DNA of 56,957 nucleotides from Clostridia bacterium (lineage in GTDB: Bacteria; Bacillota; Clostridia; Oscillospirales; CAG-272). Below the pieces are notes generated by a model. That model was given only the letters and a program-made list of their open reading frames with translations, was not told the origin of the DNA and searched no databases. Location: the NCBI GenBank assembly GCA_017938885.1, contig JAGBAS010000066.1, positions 1 to 56,957 on the forward strand, in the 5' to 3' direction. The translations under genes were made by a program, and so were the position numbers. Position 1 is the first letter of the stretch. Each line of letters starts with the position of its first letter. Positions 7,772 to 15,993 of this stretch are shown here, one piece after another.

Positions 7772-10018
7772 ATGGCAAAGAAAAAGAAAGATCCCGTAAT
7801 TGAAGAATTACCCCCCGCGCCCATCCGGTACCAGCCCATTACCGAGACGCTGGAGACCAACTATATGCCTTACGTCATGACGGTCATCGTCTCCCGCGCC
7901 ATCCCCGAGATCGACGGCTTCAAGCCCTCTCACCGCAAGCTCCTGTACACCATGTACAAGATGGGACTCATGAACGGCCCCCGTATGAAATCCGCTACCA
8001 TCGCGGGCCGTACCATGGCCATCCATCCCCACGGCGACACGGGTATCTATGAGACCATGGTGCGTCTGACTCGGGACTACGAGGCCCTGCTCCACCCCTT
8101 CGTGGACTCCAAGGGTGCCTTCGGTAAGCAGTATTCCTCCAACATGAAGGCCTCGGCTCCCCGTTACACTGAGGCGCGGCTGGAGTCCTTCTGTACCGAG
8201 ATCTTCAAGGGCATCGACAAGGATGCCGTGGACATGGTGGACAACTACGACGGCACCATGCAGGAGCCTGTCCTGCTCCCCACCACCTTCCCCAACGTCT
8301 TGGTGACTCCCAACATGGGTATTGCCGTTGGTATGGCATCCAACATCTGCTCCTTTAACCTGGCTGAGGTCTGCGACGGTACCATCGCCATGCTTAAAAA
8401 GCCGAGCATCACCACCGAGCGTCTTATGGAGCTCATCAAGGGGCCCGATTTCCCCGGGGGCGGTCTGCTCCTTTATGACGCCGCCCAAATGCGGCAGATC
8501 TTTGAGACGGGTGTTGGCCCCGTGCGTCTGCGCGCCCGCTACCGCTACGACAAGGACGCCAACTGCATCGATATCCTCCAGATCCCCTACTCCACCACCA
8601 TTGAGCAGATCATCGACAAGATCGCCGATCTGGTCAAGTCGGGCTCCCTCAAGGAGATCACCGATTTCCGCGACGAGATCGATATCTCGGGCTTCAAGCT
8701 GACCCTTGATCTGCGCCGAGGGGTTGACCCGGACAAGCTCATGGCCAAGCTCTTCAAGGTAACGCCTCTGGAGGACTCCTTCAAGTGCAACTTCAACATC
8801 CTCATCGACTCGGTGCCGCGGCAGATGGGCATTGCCGAGATCCTGCGGGAATGGATCGTCTTCCGCATGGGCTGTGTCCGCCGCGAGCTGACCTTTGAGT
8901 TGAACAAGAAGAAGGAAAAGCTTCACCTGCTGGAAGCGTTGGCCAAGGTTCTTTTGGACATCGATCTGGCCATCCACATCATCCGTAAGACCGAAAAGGA
9001 GGCTGAAGTCATTCCCGCTCTGATGGAGGGCTTTGACATTGATGAGGTACAGGCCAACTACATCGCCGAGATCAAGCTTCGTGCCCTCAACCGCGAGTAC
9101 ATCCTCAACCGTATTGCGGAAATGGAGAATCTGCGAAAGGAGATCGCCGAGCTGGAGGCCATTCTGGGTGACGATCTCAAGATCAAGGCCTATATCGCCG
9201 CTCAGCTCACCGAGATCAAGAAAAAATACGGCAAACCCCGTCTCACCCAGATCATGGATGCGGGAGACGCCAAGACGTTCAACGAAGAGGACGCCGTGGA
9301 GAATTATCCCGTCAAGCTGCTCATGACCCGCGAGGGTTACTTCAAAAAGATCGCCATCACCCCCAGAACCCAGTTCTCGGTGGAGGATCAGAAGATGAAG
9401 GACGGAGATATCGTCAAGACAGTGCTGGATGCCGAGAATCGGGACGAGCTGGTGTTCTTTACCGACAGATGCCAGGTCTACCGCGCCGCCGTGGATGACT
9501 TCGACTGTCTGAGGGCCGCCAATATGGGCGATTACCTCAACACCAAGCTGAAAATGGACGAGGGAGAGAAGCCCATCTACATGGAGGTCCGCAAGAATTA
9601 CCCTGAGGGCGAGAACTATATCTTCGTCTTTGAAAACGGCAAGGCGGTCCGCGTTCCCGTTACCGCTTACGTCACAAAGGGTACCCGCCGCAAGCTGACG
9701 GGTGCTTACTCGGACACCTCCCCCATTGTCTCTGTCTTTACCGATACCGACAAGAAGCCCATCGACATTCTCATGATCTCCTCTCTGGATCGCGCCATTC
9801 TGGTAAAATCCACCCTGATTCCCATCAAAACCACCCGCACGTCGGGCGGCGTTCAGATCATGACCCTGAAGAAGGGGCATCTGGCCAAGGCTACAGCGGA
9901 TTTCGGGGACAACTACCAGAACGTTAAATCCTACCGCAAGCTGAAGGTGCCCGCCTCGGGGACTCTGCTTGAGGAAAAGAACGTGGAGATCCAGCAGATC
10001 AAGATCGATACCGATTGA
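7772..10018 (+). CDS. type IIA DNA topoisomerase subunit A (GyrA/ParC family)
   Basis: RAIPEIDGFKPSHR, HPHGD, PRYTEARL catalytic Tyr, GIAVGMA, GPDFPGGG; no GyrA-box recognised. Confidence 0.9.
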   Translation: MAKKKKDPVIEELPPAPIRYQPITETLETNYMPYVMTVIVSRAIPEIDGFKPSHRKLLYTMYKMGLMNGPRMKSATIAGRTMAIHPHGDTGIYETMVRLTRDYEALLHPFVDSKGAFGKQYSSNMKASAPRYTEARLESFCTEIFKGIDKDAVDMVDNYDGTMQEPVLLPTTFPNVLVTPNMGIAVGMASNICSFNLAEVCDGTIAMLKKPSITTERLMELIKGPDFPGGGLLLYDAAQMRQIFETGVGPVRLRARYRYDKDANCIDILQIPYSTTIEQIIDKIADLVKSGSLKEITDFRDEIDISGFKLTLDLRRGVDPDKLMAKLFKVTPLEDSFKCNFNILIDSVPRQMGIAEILREWIVFRMGCVRRELTFELNKKKEKLHLLEALAKVLLDIDLAIHIIRKTEKEAEVIPALMEGFDIDEVQANYIAEIKLRALNREYILNRIAEMENLRKEIAELEAILGDDLKIKAYIAAQLTEIKKKYGKPRLTQIMDAGDAKTFNEEDAVENYPVKLLMTREGYFKKIAITPRTQFSVEDQKMKDGDIVKTVLDAENRDELVFFTDRCQVYRAAVDDFDCLRAANMGDYLNTKLKMDEGEKPIYMEVRKNYPEGENYIFVFENGKAVRVPVTAYVTKGTRRKLTGAYSDTSPIVSVFTDTDKKPIDILMISSLDRAILVKSTLIPIKTTRTSGGVQIMTLKKGHLAKATADFGDNYQNVKSYRKLKVPASGTLLEEKNVEIQQIKIDTD

Positions 10019-10026
10019 TTCGGTCA

Positions 10027-10066
10027 AACGGGGACGGGAGGCCTTCCTTCCGTCCTTGGTTTTTTG
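10027..10066 (+). terminator. intrinsic terminator
   Basis: GGACGGGAGG...CCTTCCGTCC hairpin followed by a T run. Confidence 0.6.
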
Positions 10067-10121
10067 ATGGTATCCTCTCAGGGATTCCGGCATAAACTAT
10101 ATCGAAAGGAGCAGCCCCGCC

Positions 10122-11198
10122 ATGACCATTCACATTCCCCCCGAATACGACGGCCGACTCCTGCGCTCCTATCTCAAGCTCACCCTCGGCTTGTCCACAG
10201 CGGTGCTGGCAAATCTCAAGAACCATGAGCGGGGGATCCTCGTCAACGGTCAGAGGGTGACGGTGCGGTACGTACTGCGCGCGGGGGACGTATTGGAGCT
10301 TTTCGATCGGGACACCGAGGCCAACGCCTCCGAAACCGTCATCCCCTGCGAGCATCCGCTGGATATTCTCTACGAGGATGATTTCATCATTGCCCTGAAC
10401 AAGCCCCCCTTCATGCCGACCCATCCCTCCCACGGGCATCTGACCGACACGCTGGGGAATGCCCTGGCCTTCCGCTATGCCGCAGCTTCCGAGCCCTTCG
10501 TGTTCCGTCCCCTGGGGCGGCTGGATCGCAACACCAGCGGCGTGGTGGTAGCGGGCAAAACACGCGCCGCCTCGGGGTGCTTGTCCCGTTCTCTGCAAAA
10601 GGGGGAGGTCACCAAGCGGTACGTAGCGGTTACGGTGGGCGAAATGCCTATCGATGACGCCGTACACACCGTGAAAGCCCCTATTTATCGCATCGCGGAG
10701 CCTGTGGAAGGCGGATTCATCGGTATCAAACGGGCGGTGGGAGATGCGGATCGGGACGGAGCGGTATATGCCGAGACCCGCTTTCGGGTGCTGGCGGCCG
10801 GGGGCGGGCATTCCCTTGTGCTCTGCGAGCCCGTGACGGGGCGGACCCATCAATTGCGGGTACATCTCTCTCATCTGGGCTATCCCATTCTGGGAGACGA
10901 TCTGTACGGTGAGATTTCGCCCCGCATGGATCGGCACGCCCTTCACGCCCTGTCCTTGTCGGTCCCTATGCCCTTCTCGCGTATGAGGGAGGACGTGCAT
11001 ACAGCAGTGATCCCCTTTTCAGGATGCAGGGAGGACAGCCCTCTGAATCTTCCCTCTCCCGACGGATTTCTTCACGTCCTGGCGGGTCTGCCTGCTGACA
11101 TGGCCGCCGTTGTGGGTGAGCTGTTTCCCGGTATCTCTTTGCTCCGAAGCCCACCTACGGTAGGTCTGCTCCGCGCTTTGACCCTGTCCGAGGCTTGA
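10122..11198 (+). CDS. RluA family pseudouridine synthase
   Basis: LNKPPFMPTHPS, GRLDRNTSG catalytic Asp, TGRTHQLRVH, PILGDDLYG. Confidence 0.93.
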   Translation: MTIHIPPEYDGRLLRSYLKLTLGLSTAVLANLKNHERGILVNGQRVTVRYVLRAGDVLELFDRDTEANASETVIPCEHPLDILYEDDFIIALNKPPFMPTHPSHGHLTDTLGNALAFRYAAASEPFVFRPLGRLDRNTSGVVVAGKTRAASGCLSRSLQKGEVTKRYVAVTVGEMPIDDAVHTVKAPIYRIAEPVEGGFIGIKRAVGDADRDGAVYAETRFRVLAAGGGHSLVLCEPVTGRTHQLRVHLSHLGYPILGDDLYGEISPRMDRHALHALSLSVPMPFSRMREDVHTAVIPFSGCREDSPLNLPSPDGFLHVLAGLPADMAAVVGELFPGISLLRSPPTVGLLRALTLSEA

Positions 11199-11251
11199 CA
11201 AGGCTGTCCGGCCTGCCACCGTTTCGCCAAACGAAAGGACTTTGATATTCT

Positions 11252-12349
11252 ATGAAAACCCAAAACAAATACGAACGCCTGCCGCCCGTCTGCCTGGTTC
11301 TGTACGGGCTGGCAGCGGTGAGTCTGATCCTGTACGTAGTCATGATGAACAGCGTCTCCTTTGCCGATTGGTTCAATGAGACGGTCTCGGCGGCTCTGCG
11401 CTCGGTGTTCGCAATACTGACTAATTGGATCCCCTTTTCCATGGGAGAGGCTGTGATCCTGCTCTCCCCCCTCATTCTGTTCCTGGTTCTCCGTCACGCC
11501 ATTTTGCACCGTTGCGGCTCCTGGAAAGCGGCTTTCGCCTACATCGGCATTCTGCTTTCTTGCGTGGCGACCCTGTTTTCGGTGTTCACCCTGAACTTCG
11601 CAGCGGGCTACCGCGGCTCGACGCTGGACCAAAAGCTGGAGCTGGATCGGGCGAAGGTCTCGGCGCAGGAGCTTTACGATACCGCTTCCATCCTCATTGA
11701 GAGCATCAACCGTGAGACCGATGGAGTGGATTTCGGGAAGAGCGGATTCTCCTCCATGCCCTACACGCTGGACGAAATGAATGACAAATTGGCTACTGCT
11801 TACCGTGATTTCTCGGAGGAGCACGACTTCATCACCCATGTGAACAGCCGTGTCAAGCCCGTCCTTGTCAGCGAGGTCATGTCCTATATGCACATCACGG
11901 GGGTCTACTCCTTCTTTACGGGTGAAGCCAACATCAACGTGAATTTTCCCGACTACACCATCCCCTACACCGCCGCCCACGAGCTGGCACACCAGCGGGG
12001 GATCGCCCGCGAGGACGAGGCCAACTTCGTGGCCTTCCTGGTCTGCATCGGCTCCGACGATCCCTATATCCGCTATTGCGGCTACCTCAACGCCTACGAG
12101 TACGTGGCCTCCGCCCTGTACCGCGCGGATCAAGAGCTGTACTATAAGGCCTCCGCCCGACTGAACGGCGAGGTCAAGGCCGAGATGGCGGCTTACAACG
12201 AGTTCTACGACAAATACCGGGAGTCCACGGTCAGCGAGGTCTCGGGCACCATCAACAACTCCTACCTGCAAAGCCAGGGCACCCCCGGCACCGTCAGCTA
12301 CGGTATGGTGGTGGATCTGGCGGTTGCCTACTATAAGGCGCAAAAATAA
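11252..12349 (+). CDS. membrane-anchored zincin-like protein (DUF3810-like)
   Basis: N-terminal TM segments; FTGEANIN, HELAH zinc motif, REDEANF. Confidence 0.75.
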   Translation: MKTQNKYERLPPVCLVLYGLAAVSLILYVVMMNSVSFADWFNETVSAALRSVFAILTNWIPFSMGEAVILLSPLILFLVLRHAILHRCGSWKAAFAYIGILLSCVATLFSVFTLNFAAGYRGSTLDQKLELDRAKVSAQELYDTASILIESINRETDGVDFGKSGFSSMPYTLDEMNDKLATAYRDFSEEHDFITHVNSRVKPVLVSEVMSYMHITGVYSFFTGEANINVNFPDYTIPYTAAHELAHQRGIAREDEANFVAFLVCIGSDDPYIRYCGYLNAYEYVASALYRADQELYYKASARLNGEVKAEMAAYNEFYDKYRESTVSEVSGTINNSYLQSQGTPGTVSYGMVVDLAVAYYKAQK

Positions 12350-12357
12350 GGAAGCAC

Positions 12358-12401
12358 GATCCGATCGATTCGCCCCGACGGGCTTGATTCGATCGGATTT
12401 T
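12358..12401 (+). terminator. intrinsic terminator
   Basis: ATCCGATCGA...TCGATCGGAT stem followed by TTT. Confidence 0.6.
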
Positions 12402-12451
12402 CCTACCCTTGATTGTTATGTAAATTATTTGTTAACTGTACGCAGTTATAC

Positions 12452-12480
12452 TTGTCAAAATTGTGCAAATGTGATATGAT
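12452..12480 (+). promoter_or_regulatory. sigma-A promoter of murA
   Basis: TTGTCA-17 bp-TATGAT with extended TG. Confidence 0.55.
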
Positions 12481-12558
12481 ATTATTGATATAGCAAGACC
12501 TACCACCCTGCTTCTGCCCGATGCCCGTCCTTCGCGGCGGGTACGGTACATATATACC

Positions 12559-13860
12559 ATGGATAAATTATTGATTCGCGGCGGCCGTCGGCTGAACGGC
12601 ACCATTGAGATCAGCGGCATGAAGAACGCCGCCCTTCCCATCCTCTTCGCCTGCGCCCTCAACACCGAGACCTGTATTCTGCATAACGTTCCCGAGGTCA
12701 GCGACGTGGACACCACCCTGGAGATCCTGTCCGGGATGGGCTGCATCATCCAGCGTCTTTCTCCCACCACCGTAGCCATCAACGGCGTGGGATTCAAGGC
12801 CGGCACCTCCTCGGAGGCTTTGGTCAGCTCCATTCGCGCCTCCTCCTACCTCATGGGCGTGGAGCTCGGCCGCTTTGGCTTTACCAAGATCGCCTTCCCC
12901 GGCGGTTGTAAGTTCGGCGTAGCCCGTCCTCTGGATTACCATACCCGTGCCTTTGAGATCATGGGTGCTGAAATGGAGACCACGGGCCAAGGCTTTCGAG
13001 GAGAAGCCCCCAACGGGCTTCACGAGGGAAAGATCATTCTGGACATGGCATCGGTCGGTGCTACCGTCAATATCATCCTGGCCGCTGCCTTGACCCCCGG
13101 CACCACCATCATCGGCAACGCTGCCAGAGAGCCCCACATCGTGGCTCTGGCTAACTTCCTGAATATGTGCGGAGGCCGTGTCCTTGGCGCGGGCACATCC
13201 GAAATTCGCATTGATGGCGTTAGTAAATTGCACTCTTGCACCTACACGGTCATTCCCGATATGATCGAGGCGGGCACCTATATGTGCGCCGTCGCGGGAA
13301 CCGGCGGACGGGTCACTCTCACAAACGTGATCCCCAAGCATTTGGAATCCATCATCAGCAAGCTCACCGAGATGGGCGTGTCCATCGAGGAGGGAGAGGA
13401 TTGGGTCACCGTGACCTCCTCGGGCAGACTGAAGGGTGCCGCTATCACCACCGCCGTTTATCCCGGCTTCCCAACGGATATGCAGCCCCAGTTCGGCGTG
13501 CTTCTCTGCGTCGCCCAGGGCATGAGCACCATCAATGAAAAGATCTGGGACAACCGCTTCGCCTACCTGGACGAGATTATCCGTATGGGCATCACGGTCA
13601 CCCGTTCCTCCAACACCGCCTGGTTCCCCGGGAATCAGAAGCTCTACGGCTCCTCCGTCGCCGCTACCGATCTTCGCGGAGGCGCGGCTATGGTCATCGC
13701 GGGTCTCATGGCCGAGGGTGTCACCGAGATCTCCAACCCTCACTTCATCGACCGTGGCTACGACGACCTGATCGGCAAGCTCCGTATGCTGGGTGCCGCC
13801 ATTGACCGCCGCGAGGTTTTTCCTGAAAGCACTCCAGTCTCCGTCAATGCCCGGTCGTGA
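12559..13860 (+). CDS. murA: UDP-N-acetylglucosamine 1-carboxyvinyltransferase
   Basis: SGMKNAALP, RAS, PGGC (active-site Cys), SVGAT, PGFPTDMQ, ATDLRGG. Confidence 0.95.
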   Translation: MDKLLIRGGRRLNGTIEISGMKNAALPILFACALNTETCILHNVPEVSDVDTTLEILSGMGCIIQRLSPTTVAINGVGFKAGTSSEALVSSIRASSYLMGVELGRFGFTKIAFPGGCKFGVARPLDYHTRAFEIMGAEMETTGQGFRGEAPNGLHEGKIILDMASVGATVNIILAAALTPGTTIIGNAAREPHIVALANFLNMCGGRVLGAGTSEIRIDGVSKLHSCTYTVIPDMIEAGTYMCAVAGTGGRVTLTNVIPKHLESIISKLTEMGVSIEEGEDWVTVTSSGRLKGAAITTAVYPGFPTDMQPQFGVLLCVAQGMSTINEKIWDNRFAYLDEIIRMGITVTRSSNTAWFPGNQKLYGSSVAATDLRGGAAMVIAGLMAEGVTEISNPHFIDRGYDDLIGKLRMLGAAIDRREVFPESTPVSVNARS

Positions 13861-13957
13861 GTGCCGACTGCCAAAAACCGCAAAGCTCAGGACCGTTCAT
13901 AGACAAAATCACCAACTCCACTCCCGTTCACCCCAATAATTGAACCAAACGGGAGTA

Positions 13958-13999
13958 AAAAGCACCGCAAAACCGAGTTTTCGGGGATGCGGTGCTTTT
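13958..13999. terminator. bidirectional terminator after murA
   Basis: AAAAGCACCGCA...TGCGGTGCTTTT. Confidence 0.75.
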
Positions 14000-14369
14000 C
14001 CTTTCTCTTCTTGTATATAAATTTTGATATGCCCAATTTTCGGCATATCATTTTTCATATATCTAAAATCCGACATATTATTTTTGATATATGACTGTTT
14101 TGAGGTCGTTTTATGAAAAGTCAAGGCGGAAAATCTGCCCCAAAACCGTTGGCAGGCAGGACCGTTTGGCTCGGGAAAGGGGGAAATTTGCACAAAAAAG
14201 GATACCTCCGCAGAAGCATCCTTACTTGTATTCTGTTTGTTTTTCTGCCATGGGGAGTAGCTTCACAGTGGGAATGTGAAAGTTGATGACGCTATTATCC
14301 GATAGCCTAAAAGAGGGCAAGGCGACGTGCGCAACATACGGGTGGCAGGCTTGCGCACGTAGTCCTTTC

Positions 14370-14957
14370 CTACGGCACGTAGAGGATCATGCCCATGACT
14401 GCCGAGAGCAGGATGAGGAAAATGGGGGACACGGGCTTTTTGGTGAGCTTGCGGATCGACAAGGCAACGAGCGCCAGAATGACCAAAATCACGGCTCCTC
14501 GGAGATCCGGGGCGGTCAGTCCCACCTCCCGTAGGGTGGAGAGGTCACCGAAGCCTCCCACACGGCTCAGGAGCATGGTGACGGCGGTGGCCAGGATCAG
14601 GCCCACCACGCAGGGGCGGATGCCGCCGAGGAAGGCCTTGACCCCCGCGTACTTCATGAGCCCCCGCAGGGCCATGGCGATGATGAGGATGATGATAAAG
14701 GAGGGCAGGACCACTCCCAGGGTGGCGATGGCCGCGCCGAGGACACCGCCTTGGGAGGAGCCCACGAAGGTGGCCATGTTGACGGCAATGGGGCCGGGGG
14801 TGGATTCCGCCACGGCGATCATATTGAGGAGGGCATCCTCGGTGAGCCAACCGTGGGCCAGGGCCTCCTCGCGGATGAGGGAGATCATGCCGTAGCCGCC
14901 GCCGAAGGAAAAGGCACCGATCCGCAGAAAGGTCAGAAACAGCTCAAGATAGATCAT
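14370..14957 (-). CDS. short-chain chromate transporter (CHR family), second subunit
   Basis: FSFGGGY, AESTPGPIAVN, LPSF motifs; ATGA overlap with the upstream paralog. Confidence 0.9.
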   Translation of the reverse strand: MIYLELFLTFLRIGAFSFGGGYGMISLIREEALAHGWLTEDALLNMIAVAESTPGPIAVNMATFVGSSQGGVLGAAIATLGVVLPSFIIILIIAMALRGLMKYAGVKAFLGGIRPCVVGLILATAVTMLLSRVGGFGDLSTLREVGLTAPDLRGAVILVILALVALSIRKLTKKPVSPIFLILLSAVMGMILYVP

Positions 14958-15538
14958 GCTTCCCCTCCCTTCTTCCCATGGCGCAGGCGGCGGATCAACC
15001 ACAGAGCCACGCCCGCCACACCTCCAGCCAGTATGTAGACAATCGTGGAGAGCTTCACCGACAGAAGGGTGAGGGTGACCATACCGATCAGGGTGAGAAG
15101 GAGGACGGCCCACGAAAAGGGGGTCTTTTCCATCTTCTTCAGCATCCGCAGGCCTGCCGACAGGATGAGGTAGAGCACCGCGATCTGGATGCCCCGAAAG
15201 GCGCAGGCCACCGCCGTAAGGGACAGGAAGGCGTCGAAGAACAGCGAGATGGCGTAGATGATGCAGAAGGAGGGGAGGGTCATGCCCAGGGTGGCCACGA
15301 CCGAGCCGAGGATGCCCGCCTGCTTGAAACCTATGTAGGTGGCGGAATTGATGGCGATGGGGCCGGGGGTGGACTCGGCGATGGCCGCCACGTCCAGAAA
15401 TTCCTCCTGCTCCAGCCATCTCCGTTTGGTGACGAACTCGTTTTCCAGCAGGGCGATCATGGCGTAGCCGCCGCCAAAGGTGAAGAGTCCGATCTTCAGC
15501 ATGGTGAAGAAGAGGGTCGGTATGGTCTTGGATTTCAT
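14954..15538 (-). CDS. short-chain chromate transporter (CHR family), first subunit
   Basis: FTFGGGY, AESTPGPIAIN, LPSF motifs; start MKSKT with GGAG RBS. Confidence 0.9.
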   Translation of the reverse strand: MKSKTIPTLFFTMLKIGLFTFGGGYAMIALLENEFVTKRRWLEQEEFLDVAAIAESTPGPIAINSATYIGFKQAGILGSVVATLGMTLPSFCIIYAISLFFDAFLSLTAVACAFRGIQIAVLYLILSAGLRMLKKMEKTPFSWAVLLLTLIGMVTLTLLSVKLSTIVYILAGGVAGVALWLIRRLRHGKKGGEA

Positions 15539-15569
15539 GGTATACTCCGTTCTTGGGGGATCACGGATT

Positions 15570-15598
15570 ATTATAGCACAGAGGGGCAGGGTTGTCAA
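15570..15598 (-). promoter_or_regulatory. sigma-A promoter of the CHR pair
   Basis: perfect TTGACA-17 bp-TATAAT with extended TG on the minus strand. Confidence 0.8.
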
Positions 15599-15657
15599 TG
15601 GGGGAGGGGCGGTTTGGTGGATATGAAGTAAGGGGATAATGTGATGCAACCAGTATT

Positions 15658-15918
15658 TCAAATTGAGGTTTTTCGGGCTGTTGGCTTTCCTCGTGAGCCT
15701 TCTCCAGCGGAGAAGGGGGACCGCGATAGCGGTGGATGAGGAGAGCCGCATAAGTTTTGGTTATTGGTCTGGAAAACGCTTTTCATATATAGCCATTTTA
15801 AATTGGACACCAGTTAGAATATCTTAATCCGCTCTCCTCATCCACCACCTGCGGTGGTCCCCCGCATCCGCTTGCGGATGGCACCGCATGGGGAAGGCAA
15901 AGATAAACCCAAATTTGA
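15658..15918. mobile_element. bipartite REP/MITE-like non-autonomous element
   Basis: terminal IRs CAAATTGAGGTTT / AAACCCAAATTTG; two inverted CTCCTCATCCACC..GGTCCCCC..GAAGGC arms around an AT-rich spacer. Confidence 0.7.
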
Positions 15919-15993
15919 TTTCCCTGGACCCAACACCAAAATGCCCGCCAAGGTGGAAGACCTCCTTTGACGGGCATTGGATTTTTCAAGGGA

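Noticed and set aside
12398-12426. Possible dif site (TTCCTA...TTATGTAAATT) near the change in gene orientation
   Set aside because: The right arm resembles a XerD box, but the spacing is one base off and the left arm matches poorly; it lies in an AT-rich promoter region
14370-15419. 349-aa ORF suggesting a fused or frameshifted chromate transporter
   Set aside because: The upstream part is an off-frame read of the first gene; two short-chain CHR genes with an ATGA overlap is the normal arrangement
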